From positions 19,552-83,551 of the forward strand of contig JBKBQO010000009.1 in the NCBI GenBank assembly GCA_046292645.1: a stretch of DNA of 64,000 bases, in the 5' to 3' direction. The first letter of the stretch is position 1. Each line of letters begins with the position of its first letter. Position numbers and translations under genes: made by a program. This document shows, in pieces, positions 23,026 through 32,886 of the stretch. The notes beneath the pieces are model-generated. The model was not told the DNA's origin and did not search any database. It saw nothing but the letters and a program-made list of their open reading frames with translations. Origin of the DNA: Brevundimonas sp. (GTDB lineage Bacteria; Pseudomonadota; Alphaproteobacteria; Caulobacterales; Caulobacteraceae).

Positions 23026-24840
23026 TCAGGCGGCGGCCTTTTCTCCGACCTCGACCAGCGCCCGTATGGCCGGACGACCGCCCCCGACCCGATTCATCAC
23101 CCGCGCCAGGGCGGCGAAGTCGATCGGCTTGTTCAGATAGGCGTCGGCCCCCGCGTCCAGACCGGCCGCGTGATCCTCGCTGCGGGCCGAGGCCGACAGC
23201 ACGACGATCGGCGTGTCGTGGTTGGGGCCCTGACCGGCGCGGATCGCCCGGGTTGCGGTCAGCCCGTCCATCACGGGCATGTTCACATCCATGATGATCA
23301 GGTCGAACCGCTGGCCGTCGGCGGCCTCGATGGCGATCTCGCCATTCTCGGCCGTGGCCGAGGCATGGCCGGCCGAGGCCATCCAGGCCTCAAGGATCAT
23401 GCGGTTGACCGGATGGTCCTCGACCACGAGCACGCTCAGGGCCTGGCCGTCCTTGACCTCGGCGTGGATCGGCTCGGCCGCTTCCTGCCGCGCCCATTCC
23501 ACCACATCGGCCTCGACCGAGAAGGTGAAGGTCGAGCCCTCGCCCAGGGTCGATTCCACGCTGATGTCGCCGTTCATGATGTTGGCCATGCGCCGCGAAA
23601 TGGTCAGGCCCAGGCCGGTGCCGCCGAACCGCCGCGTCGACGAGGCGTCGACCTGGGTGAAGGGCTGGAACAGCCGCGCCAGGTCGTCCGGCGCGATCCC
23701 GGCCCCGGAATCGGTCACGGCGAAGTCGAACCGCACCCGGCCGTCCTCCTGCCGCTCGCCGCGCACGACATAGGCCACCTCGCCCTTGTCGGTGAATTTG
23801 ACGGCGTTCGAGAGCAGATTGTGGATCACCTGGCAGACGCGCAGCGGATCGCCGCGCACCACGGCCGGGATGTCGCCCTCGAACCGTGCCGAGAAGGTCA
23901 GGCCCTTGGCCTCGGCCTGGGCCTGGAACGGTCCGACCACCCGCTTGTGCAGATCGTCCAGCGACACATCGACGACCTCGAAGGTCATCTTGCCCGCCTC
24001 GATCTTGGTCATGTCGAGGATGTCGTTGAGCAGGCTCAGCAGATTGTCGCCCGAGTTGCGGATGATCGACAGATAGTCCCGCTGCGTCGGCTCCAGCCGC
24101 GTCGCGGCCAGCAGTTGGGCGGCGCCCAGCACCCCGTTCATCGGCGTGCGCAGTTCGTGCGAGATGACGCCCAGGAAGTTGGACTTGGCGTCGCTGGCGG
24201 CGTTGGCCTTGTCGCGCGCCGCCTCCAGCTCCTCGATCAGATGGGCCTGATGCTCCTGGAAGGCGCGGATCCGCTCCTCCCGCAGCATGGTCATCATCAC
24301 CAGCACCACGAGGCCCGAAGCGGCCAGAGGGATGATCGCCAGGAAGGGCCAGAACAGCGGCCCGCCCCACATGCCGGCCAGGATGATGGCGGCCGCGACG
24401 CCGTACGGCGACGAGATCACCAGCGCCTGACGCGGCGAGGCGCGCAGCTGCGAGAACACCAGCACATAGCCGCAGACCAGCAGGGTGGCCGCCAGGGCCG
24501 GGCCGAAGGGATGGCCGGAATACCAGGCGATCAGGGGGGCGGTGGCCCAGGCGGCGGTCGTCGCCGTGGCCACGGCCGGGAACACCAGTCCCCAGCCCGA
24601 GCCGACACGCTCGCTGATTCGCTTCTCGACCGCGCCGCGCAGGGCGCCGGCGGCGACCGTACCGATGAACCACGCCGTCGCACTGGTGAAGCCGACCGTG
24701 GCCAGCAGCCCCAGCGCCCAGGTGCCGATGATCATATAGCGAAGATACTGGGTCTGCAGGATGGCGCGCAGCGCCTGGGCGGCCTCGCCGGCTCCGGGCT
24801 CGCCAGTGGTCGATTTGACGATGCCGTCGGATTCAACCAT
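23026..24840 (-). CDS. membrane hybrid sensor histidine kinase (HisKA-HATPase-REC)
   Basis: ISHELRTPMNG H-box, NLLSNAVKFT, DSGAGI, GGTGLGL, receiver VEDHPVN...MDVNMP...KP. Confidence 0.95.
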   Translation of the reverse strand: MVESDGIVKSTTGEPGAGEAAQALRAILQTQYLRYMIIGTWALGLLATVGFTSATAWFIGTVAAGALRGAVEKRISERVGSGWGLVFPAVATATTAAWATAPLIAWYSGHPFGPALAATLLVCGYVLVFSQLRASPRQALVISSPYGVAAAIILAGMWGGPLFWPFLAIIPLAASGLVVLVMMTMLREERIRAFQEHQAHLIEELEAARDKANAASDAKSNFLGVISHELRTPMNGVLGAAQLLAATRLEPTQRDYLSIIRNSGDNLLSLLNDILDMTKIEAGKMTFEVVDVSLDDLHKRVVGPFQAQAEAKGLTFSARFEGDIPAVVRGDPLRVCQVIHNLLSNAVKFTDKGEVAYVVRGERQEDGRVRFDFAVTDSGAGIAPDDLARLFQPFTQVDASSTRRFGGTGLGLTISRRMANIMNGDISVESTLGEGSTFTFSVEADVVEWARQEAAEPIHAEVKDGQALSVLVVEDHPVNRMILEAWMASAGHASATAENGEIAIEAADGQRFDLIIMDVNMPVMDGLTATRAIRAGQGPNHDTPIVVLSASARSEDHAAGLDAGADAYLNKPIDFAALARVMNRVGGGRPAIRALVEVGEKAAA

Positions 24841-24939
24841 TGCGCCCAGCCCTCGATTATCCCCGACCGGGACGCTAGGGCGAACCTTCTAAGACGAGGT
24901 GAACATGACAGCCACGTCACACACGGCGTTCGCAGAACC

Positions 24940-25248
24940 TCAGGTGGCGAGCCCATCGGCTTCCGCCGGGGTCAGGGCGCGGATCGACAGGGCGTGGACC
25001 GGCCCGGCCAGTTCGTCCCGCAGCAGGGCGTTGACCGCGCGCTGACGTTGCACCCGCCCCTGCCCCTCGAACGCCGCCGCCACCACCGTGACGTTGAAAT
25101 GGCTCTCGCCGCCGGGGCGGCCGTCCATGCCGCCTTCATGATGGTGTCCGGCGTGTCGGGCGCTGTCGTCCTCGATCTCCAGCCGGTCCGGCGACAGGCC
25201 TGACGTCAGTTTTTCCCGGATAATCGTCGCGATCGGGCCTTCCGGCAT
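24940..25248 (-). CDS. bolA: BolA family protein
   Basis: LEIEDDSARHAGH, ESHF, FEGQGRVQRQRAVN, VHALSI. Confidence 0.93.
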   Translation of the reverse strand: MPEGPIATIIREKLTSGLSPDRLEIEDDSARHAGHHHEGGMDGRPGGESHFNVTVVAAAFEGQGRVQRQRAVNALLRDELAGPVHALSIRALTPAEADGLAT

Positions 25249-25293
25249 GGGTGTGTCCTTGTTGGTGACCAATTCGACCCTACACTTGCACCG

Positions 25294-25965
25294 ATGTCAT
25301 CCGAGTTTGAATACAAGCCCCGCTTCAAGGATATGCGGATCAAGCCGCCGCGCCCCGAGGAGGAGGCCGCGGAGGCCGACGTCCTGCATCTGAAGCCCGG
25401 CGAGAAACGCTGCCAGTGGCCCGACTGCAGCAAGCCGGCCACGGCCCGCGCGCCCAAGTCGCGCGAGCGGCTGAACGACTTCTACGATTTCTGCCAGGCC
25501 CATGCGGGCGAGTACAACAAGGGCTGGAATTTCTACGCCGGCATGAGCGACGGCGAGGTCCGCGCGGCCAAGGAGAACGAGGCCATGACCGGCGGCCGCC
25601 CGACCTGGGAGATGAAGGCCGGCAAGAATTCGCGCGAGGCCGCCGCCTTCGCCGCCAAGATGGGCACGGCCAACACCAAGGGCGCGGGCAGCTGGCAGGA
25701 CAGTTTCGGCCTGTTCGGCCGCCGCACCCGGGAACAGGCCAGCCCCGACGGCGAGGACGGCCTGCGGCTCGGCAAGCTGGAACGGGCGGCTCTCGCCGAC
25801 CTCGACCTGAACGCCCGCACCAGCAAGGCCGACATCAAGGCGCGCTATCACGAGATGCTGAAACGCTTCCACCCCGACCTGAACAAGGGAGACCGGGGCG
25901 CCGAGGCCAAGTTGCAGAACGTCATCAAGGCCTACAAGACGCTGAAGAAGGCCGGCCTGGCCTAG
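25294..25965 (+). CDS. J-domain protein with N-terminal Cys motif
   Basis: CQWPDC...FCQAHAGEYNKGWNFY; C-terminal J domain KRFHPDLN; divergent from bolA. Confidence 0.92.
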   Translation: MSSEFEYKPRFKDMRIKPPRPEEEAAEADVLHLKPGEKRCQWPDCSKPATARAPKSRERLNDFYDFCQAHAGEYNKGWNFYAGMSDGEVRAAKENEAMTGGRPTWEMKAGKNSREAAAFAAKMGTANTKGAGSWQDSFGLFGRRTREQASPDGEDGLRLGKLERAALADLDLNARTSKADIKARYHEMLKRFHPDLNKGDRGAEAKLQNVIKAYKTLKKAGLA

Positions 25966-26019
25966 CGTTGCGGCGCGGAACGCCTAGCTAATGGGCTCCC
26001 CAAACGCAGGAGCCCCTCC

Positions 26020-26448
26020 ATGGAAGTCCTCTACAAGGCCCACGCCACCGCCTCGGGCGGCGGCCGCGACGAAGGCCGTTCCGCCACCGACGACGGCAAG
26101 ATCGACGTGCGCCTGTCCGTCCCGACCGAGATGGGCGGCAAGGGCGGCGACGGGACCAATCCCGAACAGCTGTTCGCCGCCGGCTACGCCGCCTGCTACC
26201 TCGGCGCCCTCCGGCTGGTCAGCGGCAAGGCCGGAACGCCGGTCGGACCGGACACCCGCGTCCATGCCACGGTCGGCTTCGGCAAGAACACGCGCGGCGA
26301 GGGCTTCAACCTCGACATCGGCCTGAAGGTCACGGACCACGGACTGGAGCAGGCCGTCATCGACGACCTCATCCAGCAGGCCCACCAGGTCTGCCCCTAT
26401 TCAAACGCCACCCGCGGCAATGTGGATGTGGCCCTGAGCGCGGAATAG
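26020..26448 (+). CDS. ohr: organic hydroperoxide resistance protein
   Basis: TNPEQLFAAGYAACY and AHQVCPYSNATRGN. Confidence 0.96.
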   Translation: MEVLYKAHATASGGGRDEGRSATDDGKIDVRLSVPTEMGGKGGDGTNPEQLFAAGYAACYLGALRLVSGKAGTPVGPDTRVHATVGFGKNTRGEGFNLDIGLKVTDHGLEQAVIDDLIQQAHQVCPYSNATRGNVDVALSAE

Positions 26449-26653
26449 ACGAGGTTAAATATTCTGTCGAACCTGAGAAATATTCACCTCGCAACATAAG
26501 TATCATGTGGCGAGTGCAACCAATGTTCTGCGAACGATTTTCAGTTGTTCGCAGCGCTTGGAGGCGCTCTCCGCAATGTTCGGCAAGTTTAAACGGCACA
26601 ATGACCGCAAGGGCCGGGCTTCCCGCTGGTTCGAGATCGAGCGGGCCGGCGAT

Positions 26654-26794
26654 ATGCAGACCTTCGACCTGCAGAGCCTCGCCGGGGCCCTCGGCGCCTA
26701 TTTCCACGCCGTGATGCGCGATCGCGCCCAGCGGCGTGCGACCCGCGTCGCCGCCCGGACCGCGGTCCGGACTCGCCTGAGTTCGGGCTCCTAG
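26654..26794 (+). CDS. putative small protein (46 aa)
   Basis: MQTFDLQSLAGALGAYFHAVMRDRAQRR...; host-like codon usage only from this ATG; start uncertain. Confidence 0.4.
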   Translation: MQTFDLQSLAGALGAYFHAVMRDRAQRRATRVAARTAVRTRLSSGS

Positions 26795-27918
26795 TCGAGG
26801 GTCGTCCGGTAGCGCAGCATCGCAAGGGCGCCGACGACCGCGACGAAAAGCGCGAGGGCCAACAGGCTGGGGCCCGCGTTCTCCAGCCCCGCCCCCTTCA
26901 GCAGCGAGCCCCGCACCACCCGCAGAAAGTGGGTGACCGGAATGGCCGTGCCGACGGCCTGGGCCCAGTCCGGCATTCCCCGGAACGGAAACATGAAGCC
27001 CGAGAGCAGGATCGACGGCAGCATGTAGAAGACGCTCATCTGCATCGCCTGCAGCTGGGTCCTGGCGACGGTCGAGATCAGAAAGCCCAGCGACAGCGAG
27101 CCGATGATGAACAGCATCAGCCCGGCCCCCAACGCGACGCAGCCGCCGCTCATCGGCACGTCAAACAGGAGCCGCGCCATCACCAGGATCACCCCCGCCT
27201 GCACCAGGCCGACGAGCACATAGGGCGTCAGCTTGCCCACCATGACCTCCAGCGGCCGCACCGGCGTCGCCAGCAGGCTCTCCATCGTGCCGCGCTCGCG
27301 CTCGCGCGCCATGCCCAGCGAGGTCATCATCACCAGGGTCATCGACAGGATCACCCCCAGCAGGCCGGGCACGATATTGTAGGCGGTGACCGCCTCGGGA
27401 TTGTACCGCCGGTGCACCACCACCTCGAACGGCGCAGCCCCGGGCGCACGCGCCGCCAGCGGCCCGGTCAGCTCCCTGTTCAGCGCCTGGGCGGGTAGAT
27501 CGGCCAGGGCGGCCACCGCGCCCGAGGTCGCCGACGGATCGGTGGCGTCGGCCTCGACGAGGATCTGCGCCGCGTCGCCGCGCACCACCCGCCGGGTGAA
27601 GTCGGCCGGGATGATCAGCGCGAACTGCACCTCGCCCCGCTCCAGCGCCCGGTCCAGCTCGCCCTGGCTGCGCGCCTGCAGGGTGATGTCGAAATAGCCG
27701 CTGTTGTTCATCGCCGTCAGGATCGAGCGCGAAAAGGCTCCGTTGTCCTGCACCAGCACCGCCGTCGGCAGATGCCGCGGATCGTCGTTGATCGCATAGC
27801 CGAACAGCAGCAGCTGGACGATCGGCAGCAGCAGGATCATCGCATAGGTCAGCCGGTCGCGCGTCAGCTGGATGAACTCCTTGGCCATCACGGCCCAGGT
27901 GCGGGTCAGCGACAGCAC
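26791..27918 (-). CDS. ABC-2 type transporter permease (YbhR/S-like)
   Basis: KEFIQLTRDR, YNPE, ARERERGTMESLLATP, LLSGFMFP. Confidence 0.95.
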   Translation of the reverse strand: MLSLTRTWAVMAKEFIQLTRDRLTYAMILLLPIVQLLLFGYAINDDPRHLPTAVLVQDNGAFSRSILTAMNNSGYFDITLQARSQGELDRALERGEVQFALIIPADFTRRVVRGDAAQILVEADATDPSATSGAVAALADLPAQALNRELTGPLAARAPGAAPFEVVVHRRYNPEAVTAYNIVPGLLGVILSMTLVMMTSLGMARERERGTMESLLATPVRPLEVMVGKLTPYVLVGLVQAGVILVMARLLFDVPMSGGCVALGAGLMLFIIGSLSLGFLISTVARTQLQAMQMSVFYMLPSILLSGFMFPFRGMPDWAQAVGTAIPVTHFLRVVRGSLLKGAGLENAGPSLLALALFVAVVGALAMLRYRTTLD

Positions 27919-27919
27919 C

Positions 27920-28849
27920 TCAGGCCGCCTTGTCCCGGCCGGCCTCGAGATCGTGGATCAGCTGGATGAACACATCCTCCAGCGTCGGCCGCGTCTCGGA
28001 CCAGACCAGCGGCGGCGTCCGGTAGGGCCCGATCGCCGCCTCCAGCGCCGCGCGGTCGCGACCGGAGACATGCAGGCTGGTCCCGAACGGCGCCGCCATC
28101 TCGACTCCCGACTTGGCGCGCAGCTCGGCCCCCAGCCGGTCCGCCCCCGCCCCCTCGGCATGGAAGGTGATCAGCCCTGAGGCCTCGATCACCTCGTCGG
28201 CCGTGCCCCGCGCCAGGATCCGGCCGCCGGCGATATAGGCGATCTCGTGACAGCGCTCGGCCTCGTCCATGTAGTGGGTCGAGACCAGAACGGTCATCCC
28301 GTCGGCGGCCAGCGCATGGATTTCGTCCCAGAAGGTCCGCCGCGCCTCGGGATCGACCCCCGCCGTCGGCTCGTCCAGCAGCAGCAGGTCGGGCCCGTGC
28401 AGGGTCGCCGCCGCCAGGGCCAGCCGCTGTTTCCAGCCGCCCGACAGGTTGCCCGCCAGTTGCGCCCGCCGCGCCGTCAGCCCCAGCCCGTCCAGCGCCG
28501 CCTGCACCCGCTCCCGTCGCCGGTCCAGCGCATGCACCCGCGCCATGAAGGTCAGGTTCTGCTCGATCGACAGGTCTTCATAGAGCGAGAATTTCTGCGT
28601 CATGTATCCGACGCGGCGCTTGATCGCCTGCGACTGGGTCATGACGTCATGCCCCAGCACCGTCCCCTGCCCGCTGTCCGGCGTCAGCAGGCCGCACAGC
28701 ATCCGCAGCGTCGTCGTCTTGCCGGCCCCGTTCGGCCCGAGGAAGCCGCAGATGCGCCCCCGCTCGACCGTGATGCCGAAATCCTTCACCGCATGCAGGG
28801 CCCCGAACGACTTGTTCAGCCCGCGCACGTCGATGGCCGGCCCCGTCAT
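27920..28849 (-). CDS. ABC transporter ATP-binding protein
   Basis: GPNGAGKTT, LSGGWKQR, LLDEPT; ATG at 28849 overlaps the upstream stop. Confidence 0.95.
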   Translation of the reverse strand: MTGPAIDVRGLNKSFGALHAVKDFGITVERGRICGFLGPNGAGKTTTLRMLCGLLTPDSGQGTVLGHDVMTQSQAIKRRVGYMTQKFSLYEDLSIEQNLTFMARVHALDRRRERVQAALDGLGLTARRAQLAGNLSGGWKQRLALAAATLHGPDLLLLDEPTAGVDPEARRTFWDEIHALAADGMTVLVSTHYMDEAERCHEIAYIAGGRILARGTADEVIEASGLITFHAEGAGADRLGAELRAKSGVEMAAPFGTSLHVSGRDRAALEAAIGPYRTPPLVWSETRPTLEDVFIQLIHDLEAGRDKAA

Positions 28850-29823
28850 CGCGCGGCCCCAAGCGGCGTCACATCCACCGGCAGTCCGGGGTTCAGCGTC
28901 GCCGCCCCCTCCGGCCGCGCCTCGATCCGGTAGACCAGCCGGTCGCGGCTGCCCTTGCTGTACAGGACCGGCGGGGTGAACTCCGGCCGCGGGCTGACCC
29001 AGCTGATCCGGGCGGTCCCGGGCCCCGCGCAGCCGTCGCAGCGGAACCGCACCGTCCCGCCCGGCCGATAGCGCGCCATCTCCGCCTCGGGCGCGAAGAA
29101 CACCAGCTTGACCTCGCTGTCCGGCACCAGGGCCAGAACCGGCGTATTGGCCGCCGCCCATTCGCCGGGCCGGTAGAATATCTCCTCGACCCGCGCCGCC
29201 GCCGGAGCCGTCGGCGACAGCTGGCCCAGCCGCGTCTCGGCCTCGCTCAGTCCGCCGCCGGCCTGCAGGGCCTGCTGCTCCGCCTGGGCGATCGCATCCT
29301 GCCGCGCGCCCAGCGCCGCCACCTCCCGCCGCCGCCGCACCGCCGCCGTCTGCGCCCGCGCCGCATCGCGCGCCGCCCGCACCTGGTCCAGCCGCGCCGG
29401 CGCATAGATGCCCTGCCGCACCAGAGGCTCGATCCGCCCATAGTCGGCCTCCGCCGCCCGCTCGCTGGCCTGGGCCGCCGCCAGTTCGGCGTCGAACACC
29501 GACAGCTCCTCGGCCCTCTGCCCCTTGCGCAGGTCGTCGGCCCGGGCCTCGGCCGCCCCGACCGCCGCCGCCGCGCTCTCGGCCTGGGCCCGCTGCACCC
29601 GGGGATCGATCAGGAAGGTCCGCCCGCCCGCCGCCACCCGCTCGCCCTCGCGCACATACAGGGCCGCGACCGCGCCCGAGACCGGGGCCGCCAGATAGAC
29701 CCGCTCGCCCTCGATATAGCCGGTCAGGGTCCGCGCCTCGCCGCCGCGCAGGAACAACAGCCAGACCAGCAGGCCCGCAAGGGCGATCGCCGCGATGATC
29801 AGCACGGGCCGCAGACGCGTCAT
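28846..29823 (-). CDS. HlyD/YbhG family membrane fusion protein
   Basis: N-terminal TM, GYIEGE, coiled hairpin, PEFTPPVLYS, LNPGLPV. Confidence 0.92.
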   Translation of the reverse strand: MTRLRPVLIIAAIALAGLLVWLLFLRGGEARTLTGYIEGERVYLAAPVSGAVAALYVREGERVAAGGRTFLIDPRVQRAQAESAAAAVGAAEARADDLRKGQRAEELSVFDAELAAAQASERAAEADYGRIEPLVRQGIYAPARLDQVRAARDAARAQTAAVRRRREVAALGARQDAIAQAEQQALQAGGGLSEAETRLGQLSPTAPAAARVEEIFYRPGEWAAANTPVLALVPDSEVKLVFFAPEAEMARYRPGGTVRFRCDGCAGPGTARISWVSPRPEFTPPVLYSKGSRDRLVYRIEARPEGAATLNPGLPVDVTPLGAAR

Positions 29824-30446
29824 GGCCTCATCCCCTTCAGGACCGTATCCAGATGCTGGTCGGCCAGCGCCGCCACATCGACCGGGTCCGCCCCGATCGG
29901 TTCGAAGGTCTCGCGCCAGATCGCCGACAGCAGCATCGGCCCCATGATCCCGAAGGCGAACAGGCGCGGATCGCCCGCCCGCACCTCGCCGCGCGCCTGG
30001 GCCGCCGCGATCAGGCCGCCGATCAGTTCCAGGCCCGGCTGGATCACGGTCTCGTGCCAGATGGCGGCCAGTTCGGGATGGTTGCGGCTCTCCGCGATGA
30101 CCAGCTTGACCACGCCCGAGATGCGCCGGTCGGTGACCACCGTGCGCGCCAGCAGGCCGATCCCCAGCCGCGCCGCCGCCTCGAACGGGACCTCGGCCGA
30201 GGCCATCGCCTTGACCCGCTCGATATTGGGCGAGATGGCGTCGGTCACCACCGCCCGGAACAGGTCGGCCTTGGTCTCGAAATACAGGTACAGGGCGCCC
30301 TTCGACACCCCGGCCCGCCGCGCCACCTCCTCCAGCCGCGCCGCCTGGAAGCCGCGCTCGGCGAAGACCTCCAGGGCGGCGGCCAGGATCTCGGCCGGCC
30401 GCGCCCCGGGACGTCGACGGAATTTGGGTTCGCCCGCGGGCAACAT
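29820..30446 (-). CDS. TetR/AcrR family regulator of the efflux operon
   Basis: FAERGFQAARLEEVARRAGVSKGALYLYFETKADLF. Confidence 0.93.
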   Translation of the reverse strand: MLPAGEPKFRRRPGARPAEILAAALEVFAERGFQAARLEEVARRAGVSKGALYLYFETKADLFRAVVTDAISPNIERVKAMASAEVPFEAAARLGIGLLARTVVTDRRISGVVKLVIAESRNHPELAAIWHETVIQPGLELIGGLIAAAQARGEVRAGDPRLFAFGIMGPMLLSAIWRETFEPIGADPVDVAALADQHLDTVLKGMRP

Positions 30447-30457
30447 CACGCCTCGCA

Positions 30458-30479
30458 AATAACTGACCGGTCAGTTATT
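30458..30479. promoter_or_regulatory. perfect 22-bp palindrome, probable TetR operator
   Basis: AATAACTGACCGGTCAGTTATT, 11 bp upstream of the tetR ATG. Confidence 0.85.
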
Positions 30480-30572
30480 ACTGCTGGCAAGCGCGGCTGT
30501 AAAGGGTCGTTCTTTCACCGTTGCGGCCGCCGTTCGCTGGACCCCGCCCCGCGGGGATTCTAAGGGATGCGG

Positions 30573-31577
30573 ATGACCTCCCCGCTCGACGCCTCCCCCG
30601 ATCCCCTCCTGACGCTCGAACCGCACCGCAAGGCGACGGTGCGCGAGGTCTTCGGCGTCGACTCCGACATGGTCGTGCCGGTCTTCACCGAGCGCGACAG
30701 CCATGTGCCCGAGATCGACGAGGCCTATCGCTTCGATCCGCAGACGACCCTGGCCATCTGCGCCGGCTTCGCCTTCGACCGCCGCGTCATGGTCCAGGGC
30801 TATCACGGCACCGGCAAGTCGACCCACATCGAACAGGTCGCCGCCCGGCTGAACTGGCCGACCGTGCGCGTCAACCTGGACGCCCACGTCAGCCGCATCG
30901 ACCTGGTCGGCAAGGACGCCATCGTCCTCAAGGACGGCAAACAGATCACCGAATTCCGCGAGGGCATGCTGCCCTGGGCGATCCAGCGCCCGGTCGCCCT
31001 GGTGTTCGACGAATACGACGCCGGCCGCCCCGACGTCATGTTCGTGATCCAGCGCGTGCTGGAGGCCCAGGGCCGCCTGACCTTGCTGGACCAGAACCGC
31101 GTCATCCGGCCGAACCGCTGGTTCCGCCTGTTCGCCACCACCAACACCATCGGCCTGGGCGACACCTCGGGCCTGTACCACGGCACCCAGCAGATCAATC
31201 AGGGCCAGATGGACCGCTGGAGCATCGTCACCACGCTCAACTACCTCGACCACGACGTCGAGGCCGGGATCGTCGCCGCCAAGGTCCCCGAATGGTCCGA
31301 CGCCGACGGCCGCCGCAAGATCGCCGCCATGGTCCGCGTCGCCGACATGACCCGCAACGCCTTCATGAACGGCGACATCTCGACGGTGATGAGCCCGCGG
31401 ACGGTCATCACCTGGGCCCAGAACGCGATCATCTTCGCCGGTGACGTGGGCCTGGCGTTCCGCCTGACCTTCCTGAACAAATGCGACGAACTGGAGCGAC
31501 CGACGATCGCGGAGTTCTACCAGCGGGCGTTCGGGGAGGATCTGCCGGAGGCGGCGACAAGGGTGAAGGTGGGATAG
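30573..31577 (+). CDS. cobS: cobaltochelatase-type AAA+ subunit CobS
   Basis: [55 protein letters not shown]. Confidence 0.95.
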   Translation: MTSPLDASPDPLLTLEPHRKATVREVFGVDSDMVVPVFTERDSHVPEIDEAYRFDPQTTLAICAGFAFDRRVMVQGYHGTGKSTHIEQVAARLNWPTVRVNLDAHVSRIDLVGKDAIVLKDGKQITEFREGMLPWAIQRPVALVFDEYDAGRPDVMFVIQRVLEAQGRLTLLDQNRVIRPNRWFRLFATTNTIGLGDTSGLYHGTQQINQGQMDRWSIVTTLNYLDHDVEAGIVAAKVPEWSDADGRRKIAAMVRVADMTRNAFMNGDISTVMSPRTVITWAQNAIIFAGDVGLAFRLTFLNKCDELERPTIAEFYQRAFGEDLPEAATRVKVG

Positions 31578-31578
31578 C

Positions 31579-32049
31579 TTGGTGGCAGTCATCGCCCTCG
31601 GTCTCAGCCTGGTAAGTCAGGAGGCCGCAGCCTTTCCGACCCGGCCGACCGACGAGCAGTTGATTGCGGCGCTTCGGGAACAACGACCCGAGGCGCAAAT
31701 CCTGTATCACGCCTTCGAAGAAACGTCCCAAGGCGGCGGCCGGGTCGGCTGCGGCATGATCGAGATCGGCGGTACGGTCGAACCCTTCGCCGTCTTCACA
31801 GCCTGGGATTTCGGGTCACAGTCCGTCGTTCGCATGGATGGCGCACCGCCTCCGCCGCCGGAAGAGGCTCAGTGGCGGATCTTCGTGACCGCGCCGACGC
31901 AGGCGGATCGCGATGGCGATGGAGCCGTGGACCGCAGCGACAGGAATGGAAACGTCCTGGATCGCAAACTCGCGCTGGCGGTGTGCGACGACCTTCAGCC
32001 GCCCTCAGGGGTGACATGGGCGGTGGAACTTGAGCGGGACCCCGACTAG
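31579..32049 (+). CDS. hypothetical exported protein with an EF-hand-like loop
   Basis: Signal-like N-terminus; DRDGDGAVDRSD motif; start codon uncertain. Confidence 0.6.
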   Translation: MVAVIALGLSLVSQEAAAFPTRPTDEQLIAALREQRPEAQILYHAFEETSQGGGRVGCGMIEIGGTVEPFAVFTAWDFGSQSVVRMDGAPPPPPEEAQWRIFVTAPTQADRDGDGAVDRSDRNGNVLDRKLALAVCDDLQPPSGVTWAVELERDPD

Positions 32050-32070
32050 ACGCCCTTTGTCAGGGAAAAT

Positions 32071-32118
32071 CCTCATTTGTCGGCCTTCGGCCGCCGCCTT
32101 CTCCGCAAAGGGAGAAGG
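32071..32118. repeat. truncated (right-arm) CIR-like element
   Basis: CCTCAT..GTCGGCCTTCGGCCG..CCTTCTCC-gcaaag-GGAGAAGG resembles the right arm of 6859-7008. Confidence 0.6.
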
Positions 32119-32135
32119 AACGCTCATCCCGCCCC

Positions 32136-32702
32136 CTACCCCCACGCCCCCTTGGCCATCCCCCGCGCCACATCCCGCACCCCCTCCGGCCACCCCTCCA
32201 CCGCCGCTTCAAACCCCGCCTCGTCCCCGGCGAACAGCTTCCGCGTGGCCTCCTCATACCCCGGCAAATCCCCCGCCACCGCCGTCATGAACCGGTAGGC
32301 CGCCTCCTTCGCCCGCCGCGCCCGGTCCGGCCCCCCGGCGTCGCGCAACGCCCCTTCGACCAGCTTGCGCAAAGCCGTCGACGCCCCGCCCGGCTGGCCC
32401 GCCAGCCACTCCCAATGCCGCGGCAGCAGGGTCACCTCGCGCGGCACCACGCCCAGTTTCGGTCGCCCCGGCCCGCGCTTCTCCGCCGTCTCCGACCCTG
32501 CCGCCGGCGCCAGCCGCGCCTGCGCCTCCGCCAGATCGCCGCGCAGGTCCATGTCCACCACCCGACCGTCCGACAGGTCGAACACCAGCGCACCCTCGCC
32601 CGCCGCGGCATGGATGGCCGGCAGCGCCTCCGCCAGCGATCCCCGGGCGATCAAACGGGGGCCCACGAAGGCGGCAACGGTCAGATCGGATGCAACAGAC
32701 AT
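32136..32702 (-). CDS. DUF2239 family protein
   Basis: RGPGRPKLGVVPREVTLLPRHWEWLAGQPGGAS.ALRKLVE, AYRFMTAVAGDLPGYEEA. Confidence 0.9.
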   Translation of the reverse strand: MSVASDLTVAAFVGPRLIARGSLAEALPAIHAAAGEGALVFDLSDGRVVDMDLRGDLAEAQARLAPAAGSETAEKRGPGRPKLGVVPREVTLLPRHWEWLAGQPGGASTALRKLVEGALRDAGGPDRARRAKEAAYRFMTAVAGDLPGYEEATRKLFAGDEAGFEAAVEGWPEGVRDVARGMAKGAWG

Positions 32703-32857
32703 GGAGGGGCCCTTCCCGCGGCATACGACCGCTTTTGACGCAGGCAGCCCCTATCCTTCGCCCCGCAGGACTGCGGCGGCGGAAAACAGGAGGCGCCCAT
32801 TAGACTCTTTGTACGCTTTGGACGGTGTTTTTTCGCATCGTCCGGCGACGTCGCAGG

Positions 32858-32886
32858 GATTTACCCGGACAGAATTGGTCCGTCAA
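32858..32886 (-). promoter_or_regulatory. sigma70-type promoter for the DUF2239 gene
   Basis: Minus strand TTGACG-N15-GGTAAATC. Confidence 0.6.

Noticed and set aside
26507-26653. Longer 95-aa version of the small ORF
   Set aside because: The 5' part crosses AT-rich hairpins with atypical codons; more likely regulatory
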